This document shows, in pieces, positions 1-9,090 of a DNA stretch of 64,000 nucleotides (position 1 is its first letter; every line of letters starts with the position of its first letter). The position numbers were made by a program, and so were the translations under genes. This DNA is from Actinomycetota bacterium (GTDB lineage Bacteria; Actinomycetota; Acidimicrobiia; Acidimicrobiales; Ilumatobacteraceae), in NCBI GenBank assembly GCA_027729635.1, contig JAQCEM010000010.1, positions 422-64,421 of the forward strand, written 5' to 3'. The notes beneath the pieces are model-generated. The model was not told the DNA's origin, ran no database searches, and saw only the letters and a program-made list of their open reading frames with translations.

Positions 1-394
1 CCGCTGGGCTGTCTAAATATGCTTCGTTGCTCTCTAGGCATTTTTCTTGTGAGGGCCGGGCGGCATAATTGGCGTCTACGGGGACGCCGGCGATAGACGA
101 CGCGATGATGACATCGCGAAACGCTTCGATTGCGGCACCATCGGTGAGGCAAATCATTGGTGGCGCAAGATGAACACTCTCGAACTTTGCAATAGATCCA
201 ACTAGTTCGTTCATAGGAGTGATTCGAAGGAGCGAATCTTGAATGACTAATTGATTTGGCCAACCGAGAAGGGAACGCGTGTCAACAATCTGAACGAGAA
301 AACTGAACGCAAGAAAAATAGGAACCAATTTGCTTCGGTGTCGATCTATAGCAACGAGGGCCAGAAGCAAAATGCAATAGGAAATGATCCACAT
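1..394 (-). CDS. hypothetical protein, N-terminal part only (gene runs off the left edge); hydrophobic N-terminus
   Basis: Not in the supplied track, which appears to omit ORFs lacking a stop inside the window. My translation of the minus strand from ATG 394-392 stays open to position 1 (MWIISYCILLLALVAIDRHRSKLVPIFLAFSFLVQIV...MNELVGSIAKFESVHLAPPMICLTDGAAIEAFRDVII...). The start lies 3 nt after the stop of ORF 398..1660 (TGA-TTT-ATG), which suggests co-transcription. No family recognised. Confidence 0.45.
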   Translation of the reverse strand, partial: MWIISYCILLLALVAIDRHRSKLVPIFLAFSFLVQIVDTRSLLGWPNQLVIQDSLLRITPMNELVGSIAKFESVHLAPPMICLTDGAAIEAFRDVIIASSIAGVPVDANYAARPSQEKCLESNEAYLDSPA

Positions 395-397
395 AAA

Positions 398-1660
398 TCA
401 ACCATTGGCCCTAAACGAATCAGTGAAGGTGGAGACCAGTTGACTACCGAAAAAATACAAACCAACGAAATTGGCGATGAGGAAGTATTTATCACGGAAA
501 ATCAATGATGCAATTGCGGTCACGAGAAGTGACCAGTAAAAGATTTTTACTGAAGAAAAATCAGCGGTCGGGCCACTCCAAAGTGAAATATTCGTCGTAA
601 TGGCGATCGCAGAAACAAGCGCAATGCCAATGAAAAGAGTTCGAAACTTCAGCACACTTACTAGGTGGTGACGGCGAACATGTAGCAGTCCAAAGATTAA
701 AACTAGAAGGGCGCCGAATCCGAGGTAGGCGTAGCCTTCCCAACTCGTAAGTTTCGCCGTAACACTTTGATTCGCCCAGATATCAGATTTTAGTGGAGTG
801 ACTGGTGCGAGGATCGTCGAGTTATAGATCGGGCCAGCCGAATTTTGGACAGTATTTCTGCCGAAGTAATCGGACTGCCAAGAAATAAAAGTCATGAGCA
901 CAACAAATAGAGCGAGTGGCTGAATGAGTCCTTTGAATTTGTCTTTTTCAGTCAAGAGATTTTGCAAAATTGCTGGTGCGGTAATCAACGCCGTCATTGC
1001 ACCGAGATACGGGTGTATGAGAAACGAACAAACGACCAAGAGAACTGACTGAAAGTAGATTCGTCGCGAATTGTTTTCGAAATGCAAACGACCGGCAAGA
1101 GCGATTGCGAGCAATATGACGAAGTGTGCAGCTAACGCTGGGTGCATCACTCTAAAGAGCATGAAAGGAGTCAGGCTCGATAACGCCGAACCGAATATGA
1201 GCGTCGAGCGGCGTTGGGCTCCCCAAGATCGGAGGGCGTAGACCATCGATACGGGCTGCATGACATAAATGAACAGAATCCAAAGCCCCCACCATTTTTC
1301 CGCAGAGATTCCGAGAAAGCAAACAAGTTTGGCGATGATTGCGAGTAGAGCATTGCTGTCGGTGAGCGTGATGCCAACACCATTTAGACCGATTGATTTG
1401 GTGACCAATATAGGCCATGACCAATTTTCGTTGATGAAATACCGGAATACCGCAAGTCCTCCGCCCTGGTCGTACCCAACTGCGTGCCAAATAGCAGAAT
1501 CACCGAGAAGTATTCGGTGGTCGATCGAAAGAAAAGCAACTGCTAAACCGATGAGAGCAGCGAAAACATAGCCAGGTTCAATCTTCTTTGAGGCAACAAA
1601 GGATTTCATGAAACTGTTGTTGGATTCTTGGCAGAAAGAGTGTGCGGGGTTGTCACGCAA
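398..1660 (-). CDS. polytopic integral membrane protein of unknown function (possibly a GT-C-like or surface-glycan-related membrane protein)
   Basis: 420-aa ORF with many long hydrophobic segments (e.g. YVFAALIGLAVAFLSI, WGLWILFIYVMQPVSMVYAL, HFVILLAIALAG, LLVVCSFLIHPYLGAMTALI, ALFVVLMTFISW, FGALLVLIFGLL). No catalytic motif recognised. The gene looks AT-richer than the rest of the window. Confidence 0.6.
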   Translation of the reverse strand: MRDNPAHSFCQESNNSFMKSFVASKKIEPGYVFAALIGLAVAFLSIDHRILLGDSAIWHAVGYDQGGGLAVFRYFINENWSWPILVTKSIGLNGVGITLTDSNALLAIIAKLVCFLGISAEKWWGLWILFIYVMQPVSMVYALRSWGAQRRSTLIFGSALSSLTPFMLFRVMHPALAAHFVILLAIALAGRLHFENNSRRIYFQSVLLVVCSFLIHPYLGAMTALITAPAILQNLLTEKDKFKGLIQPLALFVVLMTFISWQSDYFGRNTVQNSAGPIYNSTILAPVTPLKSDIWANQSVTAKLTSWEGYAYLGFGALLVLIFGLLHVRRHHLVSVLKFRTLFIGIALVSAIAITTNISLWSGPTADFSSVKIFYWSLLVTAIASLIFRDKYFLIANFVGLYFFGSQLVSTFTDSFRANG

Positions 1661-1683
1661 TCAGACTAGTTGGATTGGCCGAA

Positions 1684-4422
1684 TCACACGATGTACGGGT
1701 CGGTGCGGGCGGGATCAATGCTGTAATGAGCGATCGCACCTTCAACGATGTCAGCACCAACGGATCCCGATTGCGCCAAGCTCGCCAACACTGCGACAAC
1801 AATATTGGGCATGTCGACTTCGAAGTGAGCGCGTAATGCTTCGCGAGTATCGCTACGACCCATGCCGTCGGTTCCGAGTGCAGTGAATAATCGACCAGGA
1901 ACAAATCGAGCGATCTGTTCGGGCACGATCTTCATGAAATCGGTGACGGCCACAATCGGATCGGTTGACCCACCGAGTAATGAGGTCACGCGCGCAACCT
2001 TGTCGGGATGACTGGGGTGCAAACGATTATCACGTTCAACAGCCAATGCATCTTCGCGCAATGACTTGTACGAAGTTGCCGACCAGAGATCAACACCAAC
2101 GTTGAACCGTGACTTGAGTTCTTCGGCCGCAGCGATGGCGGCACCTTGCGCCGAGCCACTAAACAAAACCGTTGCGTTGTGCTTGATATTGCTATCGGCT
2201 GGTGCGGCCTGCCATTTGTAAAGGCCCGACACGATGTGTGCGTCGGTGACACCAGCAGGTCGAGCGGGCATGATGTAGTTCTCGTTGTACAACGTGAGGT
2301 AATAGAAAACGTCGGGATCAACTTCGCCATTGGGTCCCTTGGCATCGCCGTACATTTGATTTAGGCCATGCTTAATAATCGCCGCAACTTCGTAAGCAAA
2401 TGCGGGGTCGTACGACTGACATGCGGGCACGGTTGAAGCCAATACCAAACTGTGTCCGTCTTGGTGTTGTAACCCTTCGCCCATCAATGTGGTGCGACCG
2501 GCGGTGGCTCCGAGCAAGAAACCCCGGGTGCGACTGTCGGCCGCTTGCCAAATGAGGTCACCCACTCGTTGGAAACCAAACATTGAATAGAAGGTGTAGA
2601 ACGGCACCGATGGAACGCCGCGAGTTGCATACGAAGTTCCGGCCGCAATGAAACTGCTCATCGCTCCGGCTTCGGTAATTCCTTCTTCAAGAATCTGTCC
2701 GTCGGTTGACTCGGTATACGACAACAACATGTCGTGGTCAACCGGTTCGTATTTCTGACCCTGCGACGCGTAGATCTTGAGTTCTCTGAACAATGAGTCC
2801 ATGCCAAAGGTGCGGGCTTCATCGGGGATGATGGGCACAACACGTGACCCGAACTTTTCGTCGCGCGCCAAGTTGCGTAGCAATCGGGTGAATCCCATTG
2901 TGGTGCTGACTGATTGCTCGCCTGATCCACCATCAAGTTCGCTGAACACTGTGTCAGCAGGTAGTTCGAGTGGACGACGAGCCCGCACGATGCGCTTCGG
3001 AATAGAGCCGCCTAAAGCACGGCGACGTTCAAGCAGATACTGATATTCAACTGAACCTTCGCTTGGACGGAAGTACGGCGGAACATCGCCCTGAAGCGCT
3101 GAATCGGGAATCTCGTCATTGAGATGTAAACGATCACGAAGAGTGCGAATTTGTTCGGCATTCATCTTCTTGATCTGGTGAGTTGCGTTACGGCCTTCAA
3201 TGTCGGGACCAAGTGTCCAACCCTTGACGGTCTTACACAGAATTGCTGTGGGTCGTCCGCTGCCAAGATTTTGCGCAGCAGCACGATAAGCCGCATACAA
3301 CTTGCGATAGTCGTGACCGCCACGCGGAAGTGTGCGAAGGTCATCATCGCTTAAGTGCGCAACCATCTGTCGGAGGCGGTCGTCGGGGCCGAAGAAGTTT
3401 TCGCGAATGTAGTTGCCATCTTCGATGGTGTACCGCTGGAATTCGCCGTCCACAGTTGAATTCATCTGATTGAGCAACACGCCATCTTTATCTTGCGCGA
3501 GCAAGTTGTCCCACTTTGAACCCCAAATGACTTTGATGACATTCCATCCAGCACCGCGGAATACTGCTTCAAGTTCTTGAATGATTTTTCCGTTGCCACG
3601 AACCGGACCATCAAGCCGTTGCAAGTTGCAGTTAACAACAAACACCAAGTTGTCAAGGTGTTCACGTGAAGCCAACGATAATGCACCGAGCGTTTCGGGC
3701 TCGTCGGTTTCGCCGTCGCCGAGATACGCCCACACGCGACTGTTGCTCGTGTCATCAAGTTGACGATTCATGAGATAGCGGTTGAAGCGTGCGTGATAAA
3801 TCGCGCTGATGGGTCCGAGACCCATGCTGACCGTGGGATGTTCCCAAAAGTCGGGCATCAGTCGTGGGTGCGGATAGCTCGAGAGCCCCTGACCTGGCCG
3901 TGCAATTTCGCGACGGAAGTGATCAAGATCGTTTTCGCTTAAGCGACCTTCAAGAAATGCTCGTGCGTAAATTCCGGGAGCAGCATGGCCCTGAAAATAA
4001 ATGTGATCGCCAGCGTTGCCATCATCTTTGCCACGGAAGAAATGGTTGAAACCAATTTCGTAAAGGCTGGCCGAACTGGCAAATGTTGAAAGGTGTCCAC
4101 CGATTCCCTCGGCGTGTTTGTTGGCGCGCACCACCATGGCCGCGGCATTCCAACGAATGAATGCGCGAATACGACGTTCGATGTGTTCGTCGCCTGGGAA
4201 CCATGGTTCTTGTTCGCGCGGAATGGTGTTCACATACGGAGTTGAAACTGTTGCAGGAAAACTGACCTGACTCTGCTGCGCCTTTTCAAGCAATCGAGAT
4301 AACAGATAACGCGCCCGCACTTTTCCATGAACATCAATGACCGAATCAAGAGAGTCAAGCCATTCTTGAGTTTCACCGGGATCGGTATCGGGAAGTTGGT
4401 GGACGGAGCCATCAAAGAGCAT
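1684..4422 (-). CDS. aceE: pyruvate dehydrogenase E1 component, homodimeric type
   Basis: 912 aa. The N-terminus DTDPGETQEWLDSLDSV...RARYLL and the overall length are typical of AceE. ThDP-binding region GDGETDEPE. ATG at 4422. Confidence 0.95.
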   Translation of the reverse strand: MLFDGSVHQLPDTDPGETQEWLDSLDSVIDVHGKVRARYLLSRLLEKAQQSQVSFPATVSTPYVNTIPREQEPWFPGDEHIERRIRAFIRWNAAAMVVRANKHAEGIGGHLSTFASSASLYEIGFNHFFRGKDDGNAGDHIYFQGHAAPGIYARAFLEGRLSENDLDHFRREIARPGQGLSSYPHPRLMPDFWEHPTVSMGLGPISAIYHARFNRYLMNRQLDDTSNSRVWAYLGDGETDEPETLGALSLASREHLDNLVFVVNCNLQRLDGPVRGNGKIIQELEAVFRGAGWNVIKVIWGSKWDNLLAQDKDGVLLNQMNSTVDGEFQRYTIEDGNYIRENFFGPDDRLRQMVAHLSDDDLRTLPRGGHDYRKLYAAYRAAAQNLGSGRPTAILCKTVKGWTLGPDIEGRNATHQIKKMNAEQIRTLRDRLHLNDEIPDSALQGDVPPYFRPSEGSVEYQYLLERRRALGGSIPKRIVRARRPLELPADTVFSELDGGSGEQSVSTTMGFTRLLRNLARDEKFGSRVVPIIPDEARTFGMDSLFRELKIYASQGQKYEPVDHDMLLSYTESTDGQILEEGITEAGAMSSFIAAGTSYATRGVPSVPFYTFYSMFGFQRVGDLIWQAADSRTRGFLLGATAGRTTLMGEGLQHQDGHSLVLASTVPACQSYDPAFAYEVAAIIKHGLNQMYGDAKGPNGEVDPDVFYYLTLYNENYIMPARPAGVTDAHIVSGLYKWQAAPADSNIKHNATVLFSGSAQGAAIAAAEELKSRFNVGVDLWSATSYKSLREDALAVERDNRLHPSHPDKVARVTSLLGGSTDPIVAVTDFMKIVPEQIARFVPGRLFTALGTDGMGRSDTREALRAHFEVDMPNIVVAVLASLAQSGSVGADIVEGAIAHYSIDPARTDPYIV

Positions 4423-4519
4423 GGGGACAGTCTCGCAGAGTTACCAATTGGTAGGGGTTCTGCCTGAGATCTGGCGTGTCACGGCAAATCGTGAATGAGT
4501 GTGAGAATATGTACGGCTG

Positions 4520-5005
4520 ATGAGTCACCCAACTGATCCCTCCACAATCGAGCGCGCTTTGGTCGTGTACACCGACGGAGCGTGCAGTGGTAACCCTGGG
4601 CCTGGGGGATGGGCTTGGGCACTTGCTCCGTCGGGTGAACGCACGGGATCGGGCGGCGAACGCAAAACGACAAACCAACGTATGGAACTGACGGCTGCAT
4701 TTGAAGCTCTCAAGACCAATGTGCCGATCGCCAAGGCTGAGATGAAGCGATTGATCATCGTGAGCGACTCGACCTACGTGGTGAACTGTTTTAAAGATCG
4801 CTGGTGGGTGAAGTGGAAAGCCAACGGTTGGCGCAACGCCAAAAAAGAGCCAGTCGCCAATGATGATCTGTGGAAGCCATTCATTGAGTTCTATGAAAGT
4901 TTGCCGACGTCTGAACGCCCAGACTTTCAATGGGTCAAGGGCCACAGCGGTGATCCGATGAACGATCTCGTTGATCAAATCGCCGTCCAGGCGTGCCCAC
5001 GCTGA
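4520..5005 (+). CDS. rnhA: ribonuclease HI
   Basis: 161 aa. VVYTDGACSGNPGPGGWAW...TTNQRMELTAAFEAL...VSDSTYV...W..VKGHSGDPMNDLVDQ are the classical RNase H catalytic blocks. Confidence 0.9.
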   Translation: MSHPTDPSTIERALVVYTDGACSGNPGPGGWAWALAPSGERTGSGGERKTTNQRMELTAAFEALKTNVPIAKAEMKRLIIVSDSTYVVNCFKDRWWVKWKANGWRNAKKEPVANDDLWKPFIEFYESLPTSERPDFQWVKGHSGDPMNDLVDQIAVQACPR

Positions 5006-5116
5006 CCGAAAAAGAGGCTCTGAACACGTCTTTTGTATTTAGTGACAGGACAGTACTGGCCTGAATCGGTACGGTTTGAGGGCTCGTGACACCATGAAGC
5101 GTCTTCGTCCACCCTC

Positions 5117-8100
5117 ATGAAACATTTTCGTACAACCCTCGTTGCCGCCGTGAGCGGAGTTCTGCTGGCCACGGCGTTGTCGTGGCTGGCGCCAAGCGCC
5201 CCCGTGCAGGCAGCGCCCGGTGACCCCAATGTGGGGCTCGCCATAGTGATTGAAGGTCAGGGCAATGGACACGGACGAGGCCTCAGCCAGTACGGAGCGG
5301 TGGGCTGGGCCACGATCTATGGCAAAGACTGGACCTGGATTCTCGATCATTATTACGGCGGGACCTCGATGGGCGCCGTTCCGGCCGGAACCCGGATGTC
5401 AGTGCGTCTGACCGCTCAAGACGATTTGCAGACTGCAGTGATTGCGGCTGACGGAAATGCCTTTTGGGTTGGCGGGACTCCTGGCTATTTTACATCGATG
5501 GTCGCCCGTGAAGTTGGAGCGTCGGACGGGCTGTACACCTACCAAGTGTGGGGTAAGACCGGGGCCGCTGAATGTCCGTCTTCAAATGACCCTTTGGCGA
5601 GTCCTTGGGTCCCCCTCGACCCGGTGACGACTGCTGCCGGCTTGCCCTCGGTGACATTCTCGGTAGCAGGCGCCGATGACCCCGCAACTCCGGCGGCGTC
5701 ATTGTTAGGTGTGTGTGATGCGGCGGGCGCTGTGCGCCATTACCGCGGAAATATCTTTGCTTCGAACGGAACTGCTGGCGAAAATCGCACGATGAACGAC
5801 GTTGAAATTGAAGCGTATGTTCGCGGTGTGATTCCGCGTGAGTCGCCAGCGTCATGGGCCGATCGTGGAAACGGAACCGGCATCAACGCGCTCAAGGCTC
5901 AAGCAGTCGCGGCACGTTCGTACGGTCTTGCGCAGGGCGGTGATATCGCGAATCGTCGTTATACATATGCAAAAACTTGTGACACGACTAATTGCCAGGT
6001 GTATGGCGGAGCCGGAACACGAACTTCGGCAACTGCCAACGTCGTGGCGATTGAAGATTGGCGCAGTGATCGCGCGGTCGCTGAAACGGCGTTAATGATT
6101 CGCGTTCGTCCGGCGACACCGTTGGTGCCAGTCTCGACCGAGTTCTCATCATCAAATGGCGATCGCACTGCCGGCGTCAACTTTCCAGCCGTTGATGATC
6201 CGGGCGACAAAATTGATTACAACCCGTACAGCCGTTGGACACGAGTTTTAGATCTTGAGTCATTTGCGGCGCGTTTTGGATTGGCAACGATCACGAAAAT
6301 TGAAACGTCGATTGACCCCGCAGTTTCGGTCGGAACATATGGCGTGACTCCGGCGTGGGCAGTTCGCTTCCGTTTCTATAACGGAACGCAGTCGGTGTAT
6401 GTGAGGGCTTCTCAAATTAAATCGGCATACGGCTTACCGTCACCTTCAATTTCGGCGCGCATCGTTAAGCGCGATATGTCAAGCAATGATGACTTTGTTT
6501 TCATCGGTGACTCAGTTGGAGCGAGTGTTGCCGATAATGCAGGAGCGGGCGAATTGCCAACACTGTTACGCCGAGTTTTCAATTCTGATAGTTACTACAC
6601 CGAGCCATATCGCTGCACTGTTGGCAATTGCCCGCCAGCAACTCAAGACGGAGTCACCATTGCTAATGGTCTGACCGGAACTCCCGACTTGGCGATTGTT
6701 GAACTTGGCTACAACGACAACCAATCAACATTGGGCGGCGAAATTGATCAAGTGATGACAGCACTTGTGGCCAAGGGAGTTCGATATGTCGGTTGGGTGA
6801 ACATGTCCGAACGCCGAAAAGTGAGTGGAGTCGCAGCGTTTGCAGCCGGAAACCGAGCGTTAAATGCTGCGACCTTACGATGGCCACAACTACGCATTCT
6901 TGATTGGGATGGTTACACAATGTGCGGCCGCAAAGATCGTTGGTTCTCGGACAGCGTTCATCTCAATTCAACCGGTCAAGCCGAATTTGCTTTGTGGTTG
7001 CGCAATCGGGCCCTCGAACTTGGCACGGGTGCGGTGTCGTCGCCTAAATGTTTTGTCCAAGTTGAACCAGGAGTTGATTTACAAGTGCCAGTGCTTGGAG
7101 TCTCGGGAATCCCGTTGACTGGCGTGACCGCAGTGAGTATGAACTTGACCGCTGTTGGCCCAACTGCCGAGGGGTATGTGACGGTGTGGCCGTGTGGAAG
7201 TACTAAGCCAGAAACGTCAAATGTGAACTTTGTCAAAGACCAAATTGTTCCGAACGCAGTGATTGCACCGGTTGACTTAACGGGCAAGGTATGCATTGCA
7301 TCGACTTCGGCAATTCACATGATCGTTGATGTGAATGGATGGTTTGGTTCGACATCTGGATTGAATGCGGTAACTCCGCTTCGAGTTTTTGACACTCGGA
7401 GTGGAATCGGAGGAGTGCCAGTCGGAAAAGTTGGCGCTCTTGATGGAAGCGCAACTGCGCTGGAGGTTTCGATATTGTCGGCGATTGGCCAATCTGCCAG
7501 TGCCGTTACAGCCGTGTCGTTGAATGTGACTGCAACGGGTACGAGCGCATCAGAATATGGTGGTTACGTCACGGCTTTCCCATGTGGCACGCTCCCTAAT
7601 GCATCAAACCTCAATTTTGTTTCGAATAAAACTGTTCCCAACGCGGTGATCGTGCCAGTTTCGGCCGCCGGCACAGTTTGTTTCTACGTGTACGGGCAAG
7701 CTGATTTGATTGCCGATGTGAACGGCTGGTTTGCCGGTGGTTCAGGATTTAACTCTTTGGCTCCGACGCGCGTCTTTGATACACGCTCCGGACTAGGGGG
7801 AGTGCCGGTTGTCAAAGTTGGCGCGCTTGATGGTTCAGGTGTGCGGCTCAAAGTTCAAGTTGCGGGAACGAACGGGGTTCCGCCTTCGGGTGCAGCAGCA
7901 GTCATGATGAACGTGACTGTTGATGCGACAACGGCGCCGCCAGTTGGTGGTTATGTGACGGCGTATCCATGTGATGCCACCCCGCCGAACTCATCAAATA
8001 TCAACTTTGTGAGCGGACAGACGATTGCGAACTCAGTGGTGGCACCGCTGTCGGTGAATGGTGAAGTGTGTTTCTACGTGTATGGCCAAGCGCACGTTTT

Positions 8101-8209
8101 GGCTGACATCACGGGCTGGTTGGCGGCAGGAGGCACGGTGTACACGGCGATGACACCTGTTCGATTCTCAGATACGCGCTCTGCTCTTGGGCCGATCCCC
8201 GGCCGTTAA
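5117..8209 (+). CDS. secreted multidomain cell-wall protein: SpoIID/LytB domain, SGNH/GDSL hydrolase domain and three C-terminal ~130-aa repeats
   Basis: Signal peptide MKHFRTTLVAAVSGVLLATALSWLAPSAPVQA. SpoIID-type motifs GHGRGLSQYGA and TCDTTNCQVYGG. SGNH block I FVFIGDSVGAS and block V DSVHLNSTG. These are followed by a triple repeat (see repeat feature). Confidence 0.85.
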   Translation: MKHFRTTLVAAVSGVLLATALSWLAPSAPVQAAPGDPNVGLAIVIEGQGNGHGRGLSQYGAVGWATIYGKDWTWILDHYYGGTSMGAVPAGTRMSVRLTAQDDLQTAVIAADGNAFWVGGTPGYFTSMVAREVGASDGLYTYQVWGKTGAAECPSSNDPLASPWVPLDPVTTAAGLPSVTFSVAGADDPATPAASLLGVCDAAGAVRHYRGNIFASNGTAGENRTMNDVEIEAYVRGVIPRESPASWADRGNGTGINALKAQAVAARSYGLAQGGDIANRRYTYAKTCDTTNCQVYGGAGTRTSATANVVAIEDWRSDRAVAETALMIRVRPATPLVPVSTEFSSSNGDRTAGVNFPAVDDPGDKIDYNPYSRWTRVLDLESFAARFGLATITKIETSIDPAVSVGTYGVTPAWAVRFRFYNGTQSVYVRASQIKSAYGLPSPSISARIVKRDMSSNDDFVFIGDSVGASVADNAGAGELPTLLRRVFNSDSYYTEPYRCTVGNCPPATQDGVTIANGLTGTPDLAIVELGYNDNQSTLGGEIDQVMTALVAKGVRYVGWVNMSERRKVSGVAAFAAGNRALNAATLRWPQLRILDWDGYTMCGRKDRWFSDSVHLNSTGQAEFALWLRNRALELGTGAVSSPKCFVQVEPGVDLQVPVLGVSGIPLTGVTAVSMNLTAVGPTAEGYVTVWPCGSTKPETSNVNFVKDQIVPNAVIAPVDLTGKVCIASTSAIHMIVDVNGWFGSTSGLNAVTPLRVFDTRSGIGGVPVGKVGALDGSATALEVSILSAIGQSASAVTAVSLNVTATGTSASEYGGYVTAFPCGTLPNASNLNFVSNKTVPNAVIVPVSAAGTVCFYVYGQADLIADVNGWFAGGSGFNSLAPTRVFDTRSGLGGVPVVKVGALDGSGVRLKVQVAGTNGVPPSGAAAVMMNVTVDATTAPPVGGYVTAYPCDATPPNSSNINFVSGQTIANSVVAPLSVNGEVCFYVYGQAHVLADITGWLAAGGTVYTAMTPVRFSDTRSALGPIPGR
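7060..8206 (+). repeat. three in-frame tandem copies (~390 nt, ~130 aa each) of a Cys-containing module inside the SpoIID-SGNH gene
   Basis: Recurring blocks: V(T/M)AVS(M/L)N(L/V)T(A/V)...(E)GY VT(V/A)(W/F/Y)PCG...SN(V/L/I)NFV...PNAVI.PV...G.VC(I/F)...(I/L)(V/A)D(V/I)(N/T)GWF...R(V/F)(F/S)DTRS.(I/L)G. The DTRS anchors fall near 7390, 7780 and 8170. Boundaries are approximate. Confidence 0.7.
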
Positions 8210-8247
8210 ATTCTGTGAAATCGGGTCCTCCTGTCTAGCCTGCAGGT

Positions 8248-9024
8248 ATGGATATCAACGGAGCAAGCGCAATTGTCACTGGTGGGGCGTCCGGTATCGG
8301 AGCTGCCACCGCTCGTCTTCTCGCCGCAAAGGGAGCCAAGGTCGTCATCGCCGACCTGCAGGCCGACAAGGGCGAGGCTTTGGCCAAAGAAATTGGCGGA
8401 GCCTTCTGCAAGGTCGACGTCACCAAGACTGAAGACATCATGAACGCCGTCGAAATGGCCAAGGACATGGGACCACTGCGCGTGCTCGTGAACTCGGCAG
8501 GTATCGGTTGGGCACAACGCACCGTTGGTAAAGACGGTTCGTACGATTCGGCCGCCAACCTTGATGCGTACAAGAAGGTCATCGCGATCAACTTGGTCGG
8601 AACATTTGACTGCATCCGTTTGGCTGCCACTGCAATGAGCACCACCGAGCCCTTGAATGATGGCGAGCGCGGTGCAATCGTGAACATCGCATCAGTTGCT
8701 GCATTCGATGGTCAGATTGGACAGGCTGCTTACTCATCATCAAAGGGTGGCGTAGTCGGAATGACATTGCCGATTGCTCGTGACTTGGCTGCAATTGGCG
8801 TTCGCGTCAACACAGTTGCTCCTGGCCTCATCAACACACCGATCTACGGTGAAGGCGAGGGCAGCGAGCAGTTCAAAGAGAAGTTGCAGACCGGCGTGTT
8901 GTTCCCGAACCGTTTGGGTTACGGCACCGAGTTGGCTTCAATGGCCGTCGAGTGCGTGACCAACAGTTACATGAATGCCGAAACCATCCGCGTGGATGGC
9001 GGCATCCGCATGCCACCTAAGTGA
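8248..9024 (+). CDS. short-chain dehydrogenase/reductase, 3-hydroxyacyl-CoA dehydrogenase type-2-like
   Basis: 258 aa. TGGASGIG cofactor motif, NSAGI, and the catalytic pair S...YSSSKGG (YxxxK). The C-terminus ETIRVDGGIRMPPK is typical of the HSD10/FadB2-like SDR subgroup. Confidence 0.8.
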   Translation: MDINGASAIVTGGASGIGAATARLLAAKGAKVVIADLQADKGEALAKEIGGAFCKVDVTKTEDIMNAVEMAKDMGPLRVLVNSAGIGWAQRTVGKDGSYDSAANLDAYKKVIAINLVGTFDCIRLAATAMSTTEPLNDGERGAIVNIASVAAFDGQIGQAAYSSSKGGVVGMTLPIARDLAAIGVRVNTVAPGLINTPIYGEGEGSEQFKEKLQTGVLFPNRLGYGTELASMAVECVTNSYMNAETIRVDGGIRMPPK

Positions 9025-9034
9025 TTTCGTGAAA

Positions 9035-9077
9035 CTGGTGTGGTTTTATTCGGCATAGCCAAATAAAACGACACCAG
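9035..9077. terminator. bidirectional hairpin between convergent genes; member of a repeated hairpin family (second copy at 36189..36235)
   Basis: CTGGTGTGGTTTTATT-(11 nt loop)-AATAAAACGACACCAG pairs at 15 of 16 positions with A/T-rich flanks. It lies between the stop of 8248..9024 (+) and the stop of 9091..9738 (-). Confidence 0.55.
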
Positions 9078-9090
9078 AAGCACACGGGGA

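Noticed and set aside
251-508. Tracked plus-strand ORF of 85 aa (MIWPTEKGTRVNNLNEKTERKKNRNQ...)
   Set aside because: It is antisense to two better-supported minus-strand ORFs (1..394 and 398..1660). The sequence is charged and low-complexity with no recognisable domain. It is most likely a shadow ORF.
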